64,000 nucleotides of DNA from Candidatus Rickettsia vulgarisii (GTDB lineage: Bacteria > Pseudomonadota > Alphaproteobacteria > Rickettsiales > Rickettsiaceae): contig CP133317.1 in the NCBI GenBank assembly GCA_050920655.1, forward strand, positions 1,501,168 through 1,565,167, written 5' to 3'. A program made the position numbers and the translations under genes. Every line of letters starts with the position of its first letter. Position 1 is the first letter of the stretch. This document shows positions 1 through 11,335 of the stretch, in pieces. The notes under the pieces were generated by a model. The model did not search any database, was not told where the DNA came from, and saw nothing but the letters and a program-made list of their open reading frames with translations.

Positions 1-2
1 TA

Positions 3-116
3 GAAAATAAATTACCTATTTTCATGAGAATTAGTTTAATGATTTGCGCTAGTGGTGTAATCTTCTTTTATTTTATCCAGATGTATATTAAAAAATTCTT
101 GATCTATATTGGGTAA
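3..116 (+). CDS. 3' end of an upstream membrane-protein gene (partial, enters from the window edge)
   Basis: Open frame from the window edge to TAA at 114-116. The tail ENKLPIFMRISLMICASGVIFFYFIQMYIKKFLIYIG is one hydrophobic helix. Being another Mrp/Mnh subunit is only an inference from the neighbouring gene. Confidence 0.3.
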   Translation, partial: ENKLPIFMRISLMICASGVIFFYFIQMYIKKFLIYIG

Positions 117-143
117 ATTGGGAGTGAATATATAGTATATTAT

Positions 144-304
144 ATGTCATGGCGAGGAGACGCAAGGCGACTCGGCCATCCAGAAATACCTATAAACATT
201 GCGTCAGCTTGTTTCAGCATCTTATAAAGATCTCGAAACAAGCTGACGCATGACAGTAATGGAAACTGGATAACCACGCTCATTAGAATGGGCTTGTCAT
301 GACG
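144..304. repeat. RPE-like composite palindromic element (~160 bp)
   Basis: Left arm is ATGTCATGGCGAGGAGACGCAAGGCGACTCGGCCATCCAG. The central hairpin is GCGTCAGCTTGTTTC...GAAACAAGCTGACGC, and the right arm ends GTCATGAC. Same modular layout as the elements at 18376, 24225 and 55195. Confidence 0.75.
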
Positions 305-371
305 ATTACATTATAGTAACTACCTTAATAATTAAGACTATCACAGCAAGACCAATACAACATAGCTCATA

Positions 372-1925
372 ATGAATATAAATATGATTTTTAATATTTT
401 TAATAATAGTTTTTCTTTTGATTTTAGTTATGAGAATCAATTAATATCGGTAGCTTTTATTATTGTAGCATTAGTTACTAATCTATACGCAATGGGTCAA
501 AATAGAAAATCTGAAGTATTAGTAGGGAGTCTCTATTTAATTTTTTCTCTAATTTGCTTATTTGCTGGCGATTTAGTTTTAATGTTTGTTTCATTAGAAA
601 TAATGGTAATTTACGCTGGCTTATTGATTTTTTATGGTCATTATAAAAATAGCATGATAAATGCTCGACAATATTTTCTAACCCATTTGGTAAGCGGGAG
701 TTTAATCTTAATAGGGATTAGCTATATAATTACCAAGGATGCGGGCACGCAAATTACTTCCTTAACAAGTTTAATGGAAAGTGAAGGTAAAAATATCTAT
801 TATATTTTATTGCTCTCTGGCTGTCTTATTAACGTTGCCGTACCGCCTTTCTCTGGTTGGTTAGTTAATAGCTATACTAACTCTTCAAGTTCAGGATTAA
901 TATATTTAACCAGTTTTACTAGTAAAGTATCTATTATGATGATAGTTAAATTATTTGCTGGTTTAGAAATTTTAAAATTTTTTGGAATAATCACAATTAT
1001 TTATAGTGGCATATACGCTTGTATCGAAAATAATATTAAAAGATTAATATGCTATTTTACCGTTTCGCAACTTGGTTTTATGCTAATAGCTATAGGTACG
1101 AAATTAACTCATGAGCATGCAATTTTTGGTATAGCAGCTTTTCTTTTCGTTAATATTATATATAAAGCTTTGTTTGCTTTATATATGGCAATATTAATGG
1201 ATCAGGAGAATATAGAAGATTGTTCTGAAATTAAGGTATTAATCTCAATAAAGAGTCCTTTATTATGTAGTAGTTTAATATTAAGTATTTTCTTAATGAT
1301 CGCTTTTCCACCTCTAGCTGGCTTTACTACTAAAATTTTTATAATGTCTAATTTAAGCAAAGATTTTAGTTATTACATTATTTTTGCCCTAAAAATTATC
1401 ACTTGCTTAGCAGTATTTACTATTGTGAAATATAAAAATATTAAAGGTAGCTTTTCTCCTAAATTAAATATTTTTAGTAAGGCTAGCTTATTTATTGCTT
1501 TTTCAGTAACTTTTATAATTAGTTTTTGGTTAGAAAAATTTTTAAAATTGATAGGTTTGTCTTATCCAATGGAAGTTGCAGGCATTGGTATGATGGAAGT
1601 GGTGAAAGAATTAACTGTAATTTTCGTAGCCATTATATTAGCAATAATCTTTAATAGGTTGGTATCTAGGCGTTCAACAAGAAGTATAAATATGGATCTA
1701 TTCCGTATTATGGAGAATGCTTTACGTAATCTATATTCTAAATATCAACAAAGAAAAACACAGCAAGAAGAATATCATTATCTAAGAGAGAGTTATAATA
1801 TTTTAGATATCCTAGAGAAAGGAGCTTTACATAAAATAAAATCTCTACATAACCAGTCAGCTAGTATTTTTATAGTTATGGTAATGTTAATAGTTTTTAC
1901 ATTGTCACTAATTAGTAGCTTCTGA
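372..1925 (+). CDS. Proton-conducting membrane transporter family protein (NuoL/M/N - MnhD/MrpD-like antiporter subunit)
   Basis: 517-aa polytopic ORF. The segment VPPFSGWLVNSYTNSSSSGLIYLTSFTSKVSIMMIVKLF fits the W-L-P...K core of this family. Confidence 0.6.
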   Translation: MNINMIFNIFNNSFSFDFSYENQLISVAFIIVALVTNLYAMGQNRKSEVLVGSLYLIFSLICLFAGDLVLMFVSLEIMVIYAGLLIFYGHYKNSMINARQYFLTHLVSGSLILIGISYIITKDAGTQITSLTSLMESEGKNIYYILLLSGCLINVAVPPFSGWLVNSYTNSSSSGLIYLTSFTSKVSIMMIVKLFAGLEILKFFGIITIIYSGIYACIENNIKRLICYFTVSQLGFMLIAIGTKLTHEHAIFGIAAFLFVNIIYKALFALYMAILMDQENIEDCSEIKVLISIKSPLLCSSLILSIFLMIAFPPLAGFTTKIFIMSNLSKDFSYYIIFALKIITCLAVFTIVKYKNIKGSFSPKLNIFSKASLFIAFSVTFIISFWLEKFLKLIGLSYPMEVAGIGMMEVVKELTVIFVAIILAIIFNRLVSRRSTRSINMDLFRIMENALRNLYSKYQQRKTQQEEYHYLRESYNILDILEKGALHKIKSLHNQSASIFIVMVMLIVFTLSLISSF

Positions 1926-1944
1926 AATTCCTTTAAATCATTAC

Positions 1945-3259
1945 TTATACCTATTAGGTGAGGTATCCCTTTTGTTAGAAGGGGGAGTATGATTAATAGT
2001 GGGTACTTCAGTATTCAAGATCTCTATAATAGCTTGGTCCTTTTTCTCTATATTTAAATTGGTTAATTCCTTACTTGTTTGCGTTAATTGTTGTCCTTGA
2101 GGAATATTTTTTCAAATTCTTTTAGTTCTACATAAGAGCCATCAGACGTTACAATTTTCACATTATTTTTTGCAATTAAGTGAGTATTATTGGCTTTTAC
2201 CACCTGTTGCCAATTTTTATTTCCACTAGGGGGAAGGTAATGACCATCCTTATATTCTCCTTTTATGTTAGTGATTACTTCCATAGAATTCGTAGCTGCA
2301 GCAGCAACTCCATCATCTGTATTTCTACTACCTATGAAATAATCATTTCCTGGAAAAGACACATGATCCCAAGCAACAATTTTATATAGTTTAAAATTTG
2401 AGAAATTATCACCTGGTTCTTGGTAAATCTGTAGGATTAGATAATTGGGCTTTACCTGGATTGTCTTTTGCAGGTCTAACACGGTATTTTATACCATTTA
2501 TATTTTTTTCTTGATTAGTGCGTTCATCAAAAGGGTCATAATATATACAGGAAATATTAGAATAATTATTTGCGTTTTTCTCTATAATATTTTGTAATGC
2601 CTTATTTAAACATTCTCCCATTTTTCCTTTAAATCGACCTGCAAATGCACCGCATCCTATGCCTGGTAGGGTAACTATAGCAGATACTCCACTTTCTTAG
2701 CGCTTTCGTTAGCATGCGCTAAAATAGGGGGTAATCTTCTTTCTACTAATTTATTATATTTATCCTGATTAATTTTACTTCCAGTTACTAAGTTACTACT
2801 TCTTCAAAATCGGGAGTTACTCCTGGAACCTCATGTCCTTTAATAATATTACCTTGCAGTAATGCGCCAGGAGTAAATAATAGTTCAGCATTTAGAGGTG
2901 TTGTATGTTTAGAGAAATTTTTATCAGATGGAGACCATACGCCATTATCATATACCTTAACAGGCATAGTGATATTTATATCGCCTAATATTTGCAATTC
3001 TTTACGATTCCAATCTGTACCATTACATAATATTTCACTTTCAGCAAAAATTTTTGGCTTCTTAGTGGATAATAATAATTCTATAAATTGTTCATTATAT
3101 ATTTCTTCAAGAGAAGTTCCTGTCTTTATTATTTTATCTAAGGATTTTTTTAGATACCCTCCTGGCTCTATAGTTTTTGAGATTATATCATTTATATGAA
3201 ATTATTTTTTCCAAAGATTCTTGACTTAAAACTATATCATAACCTGGCTTTTCTTTCAT
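1945..3259 (-). pseudogene. Decayed gene of unknown function (at least 4 frame disruptions); possible macro/PARG-like loop
   Basis: ATG at 3259 gives MKEKPGYDIVLSQESLEK... The reading then hops frames through ...NDIISKTIEPGGYLKK..., the 69-aa ORF (2788-2997), GVSAIVTLPGIGCGAFAGRFKGKMGECL..., and the 132-aa ORF (2084-2482). Confidence 0.5.
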
Positions 3260-3482
3260 AATATTCTCTTTTTATAATTAACATTTTAAAGCATTTATTA
3301 CTATATGAACTAGAATTTAAAATATCTATATTTTAATTATATAATATTAAATTTTGTGTTTCAATTTTATTAATATCTTTCAACTATTTAATATTTATTG
3401 TACAATAAAATTGTATAGATAGGTTATAAAGGACCTTAATATATAATTTATACTTAGAGAAATATTTTTTAGGAGTAAGTAT

Positions 3483-3932
3483 ATGGATGAAGTAGAAAAA
3501 TTATTAAAAGAAAATAATTTGCAAAAAGCATTCGAAAACGTCTCTAAAGATAAACCTATGTCCTACCAATATGGTCCTTTAAATAAAAGTAAGGAACTCA
3601 AATATTTGAAGAAATCATTCACGATATAATTCAAGATTATGGAAATAACACTAAAAATATCACTTTCTCAAAAAAAATGGACAAATTTTATTAAATAGAA
3701 AAGGTGAATCAATAAATCTTAAAAACTTATTGGATAATGTTAATTTTAACCATTTATCTATTTCTAAGGAGGATATTCAAAAATATGCTACTAATACTAA
3801 AATAAATGCTTCTCCTTTAAGTTATGAGGAATTTCAGGAACGAATTAAAGAGGCGGACATTCAACAAGCAGTTAGCTTAAGTGCTGTTGCTTAGCGCAAT
3901 GCTGAATATAGCAATGGCTTCTCACGGCTTAA
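3483..3932 (+). pseudogene. Fragmented ORF of unknown function, abutting the IS insertion
   Basis: MDEVEKLLKENNLQKAFENVSKDKPMSYQYGPLNKSKELKYLKKSFTI stop, then continuation in other frames (...NRKGESINLKNLLDNVNFNHLSISKEDIQKYATNTKINASPLSYEEFQERIKEADIQQAVSLSAVA stop). Confidence 0.3.
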
Positions 3933-4897
3933 ATAACCCCGATTATGGATAAGAAATACATGGTTTATTAGGTTTAAGTTGGTAAGCAATAAGAGCAGAG
4001 AATAGAGAAGTAAAGAAATTAATAGGTGATCGATGTCTGGAAGGAGTAATATTAAAATTCTCTTTTATGTAGCCAAAAATGGTTTCGATAATGAATCTCT
4101 TCCTTAAAAGGATTTTATCCAAAAGAGGTAATAAATAGTTTTTCATATCCTTTCTTATACCGGTAATTATTATTAAACCTTGCTTATAAAGTTTTGTAAA
4201 CATTTTTTCTGAAATAAACCCCTTATCAGCATAACACTTACCTTTTAGACCTTTTTTGATAACCATTGCTTCAAATGCAATTCTGTCATCAACATTACCT
4301 TTGGTAATTTTAACAGCAATAATTTCTCCCTTATCATTGATTATCATATGAAGCTTGAATCCAAAAACCAATCGACAGAACTACGTCCCCTTTTTGCAAG
4401 ATTATTAAAAGTTCTGTTAGAATTAATTCTGATATTTTTACATACTGCAAAATGTGTGGAATCTGCATAATAAATTCCCGTTCTTTTTCCACTTAAGTAA
4501 TGTAACATCACAATCAATGGCAGAAATAATGAAGGAATAAGCTGAACAAATCTCTCATAACAAGGTGGATTCCTGAACAAATTACCATTAATAATAAAGT
4601 TTTGGTAATAAGCTTTTAAATGTTTATATGCACTAAAATGGTAAAAAATCATTATTGAGAGTTCTTCACTTAAGGAAAGCTTAACTTCTCTAAATCTTTG
4701 CTTATTACTTTTCAGCAATTGATGTTTTACCCATTTCTCATAAATTTTACAAAATTCATCGACTATACAAAATATTGTAGTATATTTACACATGTTATTA
4801 AACCTTTATTTTACTCCTTCAGTGCCCTATTTATATAAGGTTTAATAACTCTTGCAACCTTCCTTCCTCTCTATTCCTTATCCATAATCGGGGTTAT
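3933..4897 (-). mobile_element. IS982-family-like insertion sequence (~965 bp) with 26-bp terminal inverted repeats
   Basis: The left end is ATAACCCCGATTATGGATAAGAAATA (3933-3958). Its inverted partner at 4872-4897 reads ATAACCCCGATTATGGATAAGGAATA as reverse complement, one mismatch. The repeats enclose the transposase reading frames. Confidence 0.8.
3943..4793 (-). pseudogene. DDE transposase, IS982-like, split by a 1-nt frameshift
   Basis: N-terminal ORF (4344-4793) has IFCIVDEFCK and DSTHFAVC. C-terminal ORF (3943-4371) has GFKLHMIINDKGEII, GNVDDR and ADKGFIS. The junction ...SSVDWF/FGFKLH needs T6, but the strand carries T5 (plus-strand A5 at 4363-4367). Confidence 0.8.
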
Positions 4898-7443
4898 GTT
4901 AATAATCTTAATATTCCAGCTAATAAGACATTAACGGTTGGTGGAACAATAATTAACGCTTACAATATAAATTATGGTCTTAGCTCAACTTTAAATTGAC
5001 TAATACAGGTAATGTAACATTTAATAGTAATTTTAACTATACTAACATCAATGTGGCAGCTAACAGCGTTATTGATGCGAGATCTATAATTTTTGGGTCA
5101 AATAGTGCATTAAATCTAATCAATAGCAATGTTACGGCAGCATCTCTAATTGCTCCTACTTGTAGATAATACAGGTTTTAACTTTTTACAAGGTGATAGT
5201 ACAGTTAATGTACCAATGACTCAAAGTAATCACTTAGGACATTTATTAGCAGGTGGTTTTGCGCCTGGTGCTACTACAGGGCGGTTTATAGGTCCTGCTA
5301 TTCTTTCAGAAGGGATAGGAATGGGTGATAATAGTACTTTAATTTTAGATAGTAATGGTTGATGCTGCTTGGGGGGGGATAACAGGGCTTAAAATAGATA
5401 ATACAGGAGCTATAGCTATCCCTACTAACGCTATAATGAAGTTGGTTAATAATGATCCAATTTCTATTACCACTTCCTCTACACCAGTTTCACCTTCTAC
5501 ACCTGGAATTCTAGCAAATTTTCCACAGCCGATAGGGACATTGGAATTGGTAGGTAATGATGTTAATGTAATAGGAAGTAATTTTTCATTCAAGAACATC
5601 AGATTCAGTAACGTAGTGAGTCCATCAAAATTAACATTAGATCCAAGCATGAAATTAAGATGGAATAAACGTTAATAGTAATTATGGATCAAAGGATGCA
5701 ACAAAAGCTCCAAGAATAGTATTATCAAAAGATAGTACTATTTGATAGTGGTTATGATTCAAATCATTTAGTCAATATTCAGCTTGATAGAAATGCTACT
5801 TTAACTGTAAAAGAAGGAGCAAAACTATATTCATCTGTAACAACGACAACAAACTTGCAAGGCACAGCAAATCTTGAAGTTAGTGATATATATGGACCCG
5901 GATCAAAGGAAGTTAGATTAAAAGAAGTAAATATCAAGAATAATATTGCCAACCATGGTGATTTATAAGTAGGTAATCTAAAATTTAGGATCAAATACTT
6001 TAACTTTGAATGGTTCTAATTCTCCAAAATGGGGTGGTGGAGATACTATTAATACTGTTTTAACATCGGAAAAAATTTAGGGCATATTGATATTCAGGCG
6101 CCAGTTACAGAAGACGGACAGCTATTTAGTAATGTTATTATTGATGATAAAGCCTCATTCCCTTAAACAGAAGAAGATTATACCTTAGTAAAAACAAATG
6201 GTAATCTATCAGTTAGTGAAGATATATCGTCAATATTAGTAAGGACAAATAAACCTTATGTGCTTTATTTGTTAAAAATTTCTAATGGGGATATTCATTT
6301 ATATCGTCAAGATGATGCAGAAAGTCAAGCTATAGCTGATATTAGACTAGCGGGAGGAGATGACTTTGATGTTGAGAATGTATCATTATTAACTCAAATA
6401 GGTGAAAGAAGCGTTTTGTGGGATAGTCTTGGAGATTTCACAGATTCAGAAGAAAGGGGTAAATTATTAAGATACATAGTAAATAATGCAGATCCACAGA
6501 TAAATGAAATTCTTGCTCATGTTATGAATAATTTTGGCGATCAGGTTAATAATAGAATGTTGAGTCAAAATGTTCCATTAGCTCCTGTAGCATCTTGTGA
6601 TAACGATATTAGCGGCAAAAAATATGGAGTATGGTTTAGTCCATATTATAGTCGATCAAGTCAAGGTATGCTAGGAGGTTTAGAAGGGTATAGCACAAGA
6701 TCTCAAGGTGGAATAATAGGGGCTGATACTACAGTAAATGATGATCTAACAACAATTGGTTTAGCGGTAGCAAGAACTAGAACAGACGTAAAACTTAAAG
6801 ATTATATGCTGGGAGTAAAAAGTAAAGTAAAAGACTGGATCTTTAGTATATATGGATTGCAACAACTAAAAGATCAATGGTTTGTTCAAGGAGCCGCTAT
6901 GTATTCTACAGCAAGAGTTTAATGAATTAGGAATTTTTAAAACAGCCTTGTCCAGCTATAAATATAGAGCGTTAAGAGGTGAGATATTGTTAGGCTACAA
7001 TGCAATGTTGAATGATAAGACGGTTTTAACTCCAACAATAGGAATCAGACATAGTAGGTATAAGAATAGTAGTTATGATGAAACAGGTACAAATTTTTTA
7101 AATACTCACGTTTCTAATAAGTTAAGCCATAAGACAGAAGGAATTATTGGAGGAAAGATTTTAACAAATATAGATAGAGAGAATATAGTTATTACTCCTG
7201 AAGCTCATACAATAATCTCACGAGTTCTCTGAGCAAGAAGAAAGGAAAAACTAATTCGATATTTGATGGATGGCTGTTCCATTCTTTAATAGACCAGATA
7301 GAACGGCAAAAACATTGTATAACTTGGGAGCAAGCGTTACTGCTAAAAGAGGTAAAATGGAGTACAGTGCCGGTTATGATTCATACCTAGCTAAAAAATA
7401 TACTGCTCATCAAGGAACACTAAAAATAAGAGTTAATTTTTAA
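4898..7443 (+). pseudogene. Sca-type autotransporter, heavily decayed (passenger and beta-barrel both broken)
   Basis: Asn/Thr/Gly-rich passenger repeats occur in several frames (5150-6000). The barrel region carries KKYGVWFSPYYSRSSQG...GYSTRSQGGIIGADT (6260-6922), with further fragments up to the C-terminal ...LKIRVNF stop at 7441-7443. It is a paralogue of the barrels at 23115 and 40151. Confidence 0.7.
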
Positions 7444-7453
7444 GATTAATAAT

Positions 7454-7484
7454 AAAAAGAGGGAATATTATTCCCTCTTTTTAT
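7454..7484. terminator. Bidirectional rho-independent terminator between the convergent sca pseudogene and rpsD
   Basis: AAAAAGAGGGAATATTATTCCCTCTTTTT: an 8-9 bp GC-containing stem flanked by an A-run and a T-run. Confidence 0.6.
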
Positions 7485-7493
7485 TATTAAAAA

Positions 7494-8111
7494 TTATCTT
7501 GAATATAGCTCAACTACTAAATGTACTTCTGGTTCAAATGGATAAGGAACATCAGAAATTACTGGTGTTCTAATAAATTTTCCAGATAATGAAGTTGGAT
7601 CAAATGATAAGTAAGACGGAACAGTTCTCTCTTGTTTAGTTGCTGATTCAACTATAACAGGAATTTGTTTTGCTGAATCACGCAACTCAATAACATCACC
7701 TTCTTTTAGTCTCATACTAGGAATGTTAACTTTTTTGCCGTTTACTCTAATATGTCCGTGTGTAACAAATTGTCTAGCGGAAAAGATAGTTGGAGCAAGA
7801 TTCATTCTATAAACAACAGCATCAAGCCTTCTTTCTAATAAACCGACAAAGTTTTCTCCGGTATTGCCCTTCATTTTTAGAGCAAGAGCAAAAATATTCC
7901 TAAATTGTTTTTCATTAACACGACCATAATGGCATTTTAGTTTTTGCTTGGCCTTTAAGTGTAAACCATAGTCAGATGTTTTAATCATGGTATTTTGACC
8001 ATGTTGACCAGGGCGGTAATTTCTGGTGTTATAAGCGTCCTTACCAGTACCCCACAGACTTACTCCAAGTCTCCTACTTGTCTTATATTTAGAACTAATA
8101 ATTTTTGTCAC
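7494..8111 (-). CDS. rpsD: 30S ribosomal protein S4
   Basis: 205 aa. The sequence [10 protein letters not shown]...[16 protein letters not shown]...[11 protein letters not shown]...[21 protein letters not shown] is typical S4 with an S4 RNA-binding domain. Confidence 0.95.
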   Translation of the reverse strand: MTKIISSKYKTSRRLGVSLWGTGKDAYNTRNYRPGQHGQNTMIKTSDYGLHLKAKQKLKCHYGRVNEKQFRNIFALALKMKGNTGENFVGLLERRLDAVVYRMNLAPTIFSARQFVTHGHIRVNGKKVNIPSMRLKEGDVIELRDSAKQIPVIVESATKQERTVPSYLSFDPTSLSGKFIRTPVISDVPYPFEPEVHLVVELYSR

Positions 8112-8148
8112 TCTTGTATCTCACAATTTCTTTAGCTAATGGAAAAGA

Positions 8149-8177
8149 AGTATATGTATTTTAAGAATTAAAGTCAA
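8149..8177 (-). promoter_or_regulatory. Sigma70-type promoter candidate for rpsD
   Basis: The minus strand reads TTGACT (8177-8172), a 17-nt spacer, then TATACT (8154-8149), about 38 nt upstream of the start codon. An AT-rich background raises the chance-match rate. Confidence 0.45.
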
Positions 8178-8346
8178 TAGACTTCTTCTACTCAATTTAA
8201 AGTATAAAATAAAATATAGTAGAGGATGAGTTTGTTAATAGTTATTTTTAGCACTTCTAATGTAGGTGATGCTTGTTACTTTTTTAGTATTTATGTTACA
8301 TGAAAATTACACCCATTTGTAATACATACAACAAAGTGAAATAGGG

Positions 8347-8374
8347 TATCATTCCAGCTTAAGCTGGAATGATA
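8347..8374. repeat. Perfect 28-bp palindrome (RPE-core-like hairpin)
   Basis: TATCATTCCAGCTT|AAGCTGGAATGATA. It resembles the CATTCC...GGAATG core of the RPE arms. Confidence 0.6.
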
Positions 8375-8412
8375 TATAATTTCTATAATTTCTATGCAAC
8401 AACGTCTAGAAT

Positions 8413-10356
8413 TTATCTAGTTCTTTCATCATTTCTGTCTTTAGAGGTAGAAACATTTATTTGAGGGGTAGACGGTGCTATTAGCTCCTTTACACTAACT
8501 TTCACACCATTTTGTTCTAACACCGCTCTTATTCGATCAGCTTGTTCACGAGAGTTTGCTTTAGCGCTAATTTCAAAAGTCCCTTGAGGTGGCTTTGTAT
8601 TAGTTTTTGTTTCTTGATTTTTAGTATTTAGCTGAGGAGATTTCGGTGTTTTTGATTCGTCTTGTTGTTTAGGTTGTCCACTTTGTTGTGATTATCTGCA
8701 GGATCGTTTGTTTTGCTTTGAGCAGCTTGTACTGCATTATGAATTATCTGATAAATCTACAAGCACATCTTCATTTTTTGATTTAGATTGTTCTTGGTTT
8801 TGCGGTTGAGGAGACTTCAGTTTATTATCTTGCTCTAAAGTCTTATCAGTTTTGTTTAGTGAATTCTTATTGAAGTTTCGTATCTCACTCATTAATGCCG
8901 GTATTCCAGTTAACTCTTCAGGAAGTTTATCAGGAAGTGCTCTATCATTAACAGGTTTTAGATTAGCTATTTTTTCTTGTTTTGGTGGAGATGGTGGCGC
9001 AGTGATTTTCGCTTCAAGATGTTGTTTTGGTCCTTGTTCAAGGGTTTGGCTTTTTGTTAATTTCTGTTCTACTGATAAATCAATGCCATGTCCTTTATTT
9101 ATAGCTACTTCTCGCATCATTTCTTGATATTTTTTACGAGTTACTGGCAGAGTATAAATTTTGCCGTTTTGTTCAATATAACCTACAGCTTTAGGGTCGT
9201 TACCATTAAACTTTATAGGGGGTGGAGAGCTTACTTCAAGTAGTTTTCCATTCTCATAATGAGCTGTAAAATAGACGGCTTTATTTTTATCAATATTTTT
9301 ACCATTTTGGTCTTTTACCGCTAAAGATAAATGCATTGTATCGTTATTATCTAATTTTAGTGGGAAATTAATAGTTCGGTAACTTTTAAGCTCTACATTA
9401 TTACCTTTACTATCTATTATTATATCGGGGGGAGTTACTTTGCGAGTTGATTCAGTTAATGTAGCAATTTCTTTGTTATCAGGACTTTTTACTATTTGAG
9501 ACCTAGTGCTAACATTGTCTTTCTCTAGTTCTGAGCCATCAGCCCATTGCATTGTTGAGAACCTATTTGCAAATTTTGTATGGATATCTTTGTAACCAGA
9601 GATTTCTACTTCTTCCAAAGACTTTTTTAACTCTGGAACTTTTAATGCTTGATTAATTTTTTCTTCATTCTCTTTATCTTTAGCAAATTCAGAGAATTTT
9701 TTAGGATCTTTAATATCTTCCTTTAAATGTTCAGCTATTAATTCTCTTTGTCTAGCTAGAAGTTCTCTGATAGCTTTAGTTATTGGATCTATTTCTTCTT
9801 CGGTAGAAGGAATGGGTTTTCTAGTTGTTGTGATATCAGAGATTGATCGGGGAATGAGATACTATCTACAGCTTCTTCTTGCTGGTTAGATTGTTGATTC
9901 TGGTTCATTACTATTCCGCTATCTTGACGTGAAAGTGGAGGTTGCTGCTCTTGTTCGATTGATACTTCTTGCTCAGGTGCTATTGGATCCAAGCTATAAT
10001 TTGCTGCTGGCACATATTCTCTATTTTCTAAAAAATCTTTACGAAATTGTTCTTTTCTTTCATCTTTCTGTTGATCAGTAAGTTGTGCAATTGTATTTTG
10101 ATCAGAAAAAAATTGCTCTACTGTAGCTACCCTCATATAACGTGCTACAGGATCATCTTCTTTATAATTTACAACAGTCCCTTTATCCAATAGATCTTTA
10201 GTTTTTTTTAAAGTCCTCTTCAGTTGTTTTCATTAAATAATCAATAACATCAGGATTTTGAGAATATGTTAATTTTTTTACATTTTTATATTCTTCTTCA
10301 CCAGTAACTATTTTAGGTTGTATTTGATCTTTTTCAGATTCATCTGTTTTGCTCAT
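8413..10356 (-). pseudogene. Large hypothetical protein gene with a beta-thymosin/WH2-like motif, interrupted by at least 4 frameshifts
   Basis: ATG at 10356 gives MSKTDESEKDQIQPK.... The frame breaks at the T8 run 10202-10209, continues in ORF 9789-10190, shifts again near 9790-9885 into the frame of ORF 8737-9618, and shifts at least twice more near 8690-8737. It finishes ...GTFEISAKANSREQADRIRAVLEQNGVKVSVKE... with a stop at 8413-8415. Confidence 0.6.
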
Positions 10357-10498
10357 CTCTCATCTCCATATTAGTATCCCTTAATATAATGGTAGTAAGT
10401 ATTTTCTTCTAAGACAATATATTTCATAAATAGCCATTGAAAAATCAAAGGTATTGAATAATTGTGTAATAATTATTTATTAAATATGAATGTATTTA

Positions 10499-11335
10499 TT
10501 AAGAAATATTAACCACATTTTGTGTTAAATATAATTTTACTAATTTTAAATAATCTTGAGGCGATAAATTTTCGGCCCTACAAGAAGAGTCTATTTTTAA
10601 TTCTTTTAGTAAATCTTCAATCTTAGGGGTAAGTCTTTTTAAAGATGATTTAATCATTTTTCGTCTTTCGCCAAAAGCAAGCTTAGTAATTAGTTCAATA
10701 GTTTCGATTAGTTCAGCATTAAAATCATTTTCTATAGGTATAAGTTTAACTATCGAAGAATGAACTTTTGGAGGTGGGTAAAAGGACTTAGGGCTAACGT
10801 CAAAGCATTTTTGAGTATGGCACAATAGTTGGCATATCACCGATAATCTTCCATAAGACTTAGTGCTGACAGGGGAGCATATTCGTTCTACAACTTCTTT
10901 TTGAAGCATAAGAGTCATACTATTTACTAAAAATGATTGTTTTAACCATTTAATTACTAGCTCTGTACCAATTTGATATGGTAAGTTAGAGATGATATTT
11001 ATTTTTTCATTTCCTAAAGATAATAGATCAAATTTAAGAGCGTCACCTTGGATTATATTTAAATTAGGAAATAATTCTTTGATTTCTTCAAGCAACGGAA
11101 TACATCTGGAATCTGTTTCGATGACAGTTAAAGATCTAGGTTTAGCTGCTAGAATGGCCCTAGTTAATCCAGCAGTACCTGGACCAATTTCTAAGGCGAT
11201 GTCATTTTTGTTAAGACCGCTTGCTCTTACTATTTTTTCGCACAGAGTATAGTCAAAAATAAAATTCTGACTATATTTCTTAAGGGCTGTAATACCATGT
11301 TTATGCGCATGTTGGGCAATAGAACCTAAAGTCAC
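10499..11335 (-). CDS. rsmA: 16S rRNA (adenine1518/1519-N6)-dimethyltransferase
   Basis: 278 aa. It has QNFIFD, the SAM motif [11 protein letters not shown], and NLPYQIGT. A 4-nt overlap with the upstream gene suggests translational coupling. Confidence 0.9.
   Translation of the reverse strand: MTLGSIAQHAHKHGITALKKYSQNFIFDYTLCEKIVRASGLNKNDIALEIGPGTAGLTRAILAAKPRSLTVIETDSRCIPLLEEIKELFPNLNIIQGDALKFDLLSLGNEKINIISNLPYQIGTELVIKWLKQSFLVNSMTLMLQKEVVERICSPVSTKSYGRLSVICQLLCHTQKCFDVSPKSFYPPPKVHSSIVKLIPIENDFNAELIETIELITKLAFGERRKMIKSSLKRLTPKIEDLLKELKIDSSCRAENLSPQDYLKLVKLYLTQNVVNIS

Noticed and set aside
5150-5994. ORFs 5150-5362, 5355-5675, 5345-5650 and 5779-5994 as independent genes
   Set aside because: The plus-strand ORFs are frame fragments of the decayed Sca passenger, and the minus-strand ones are their shadows.
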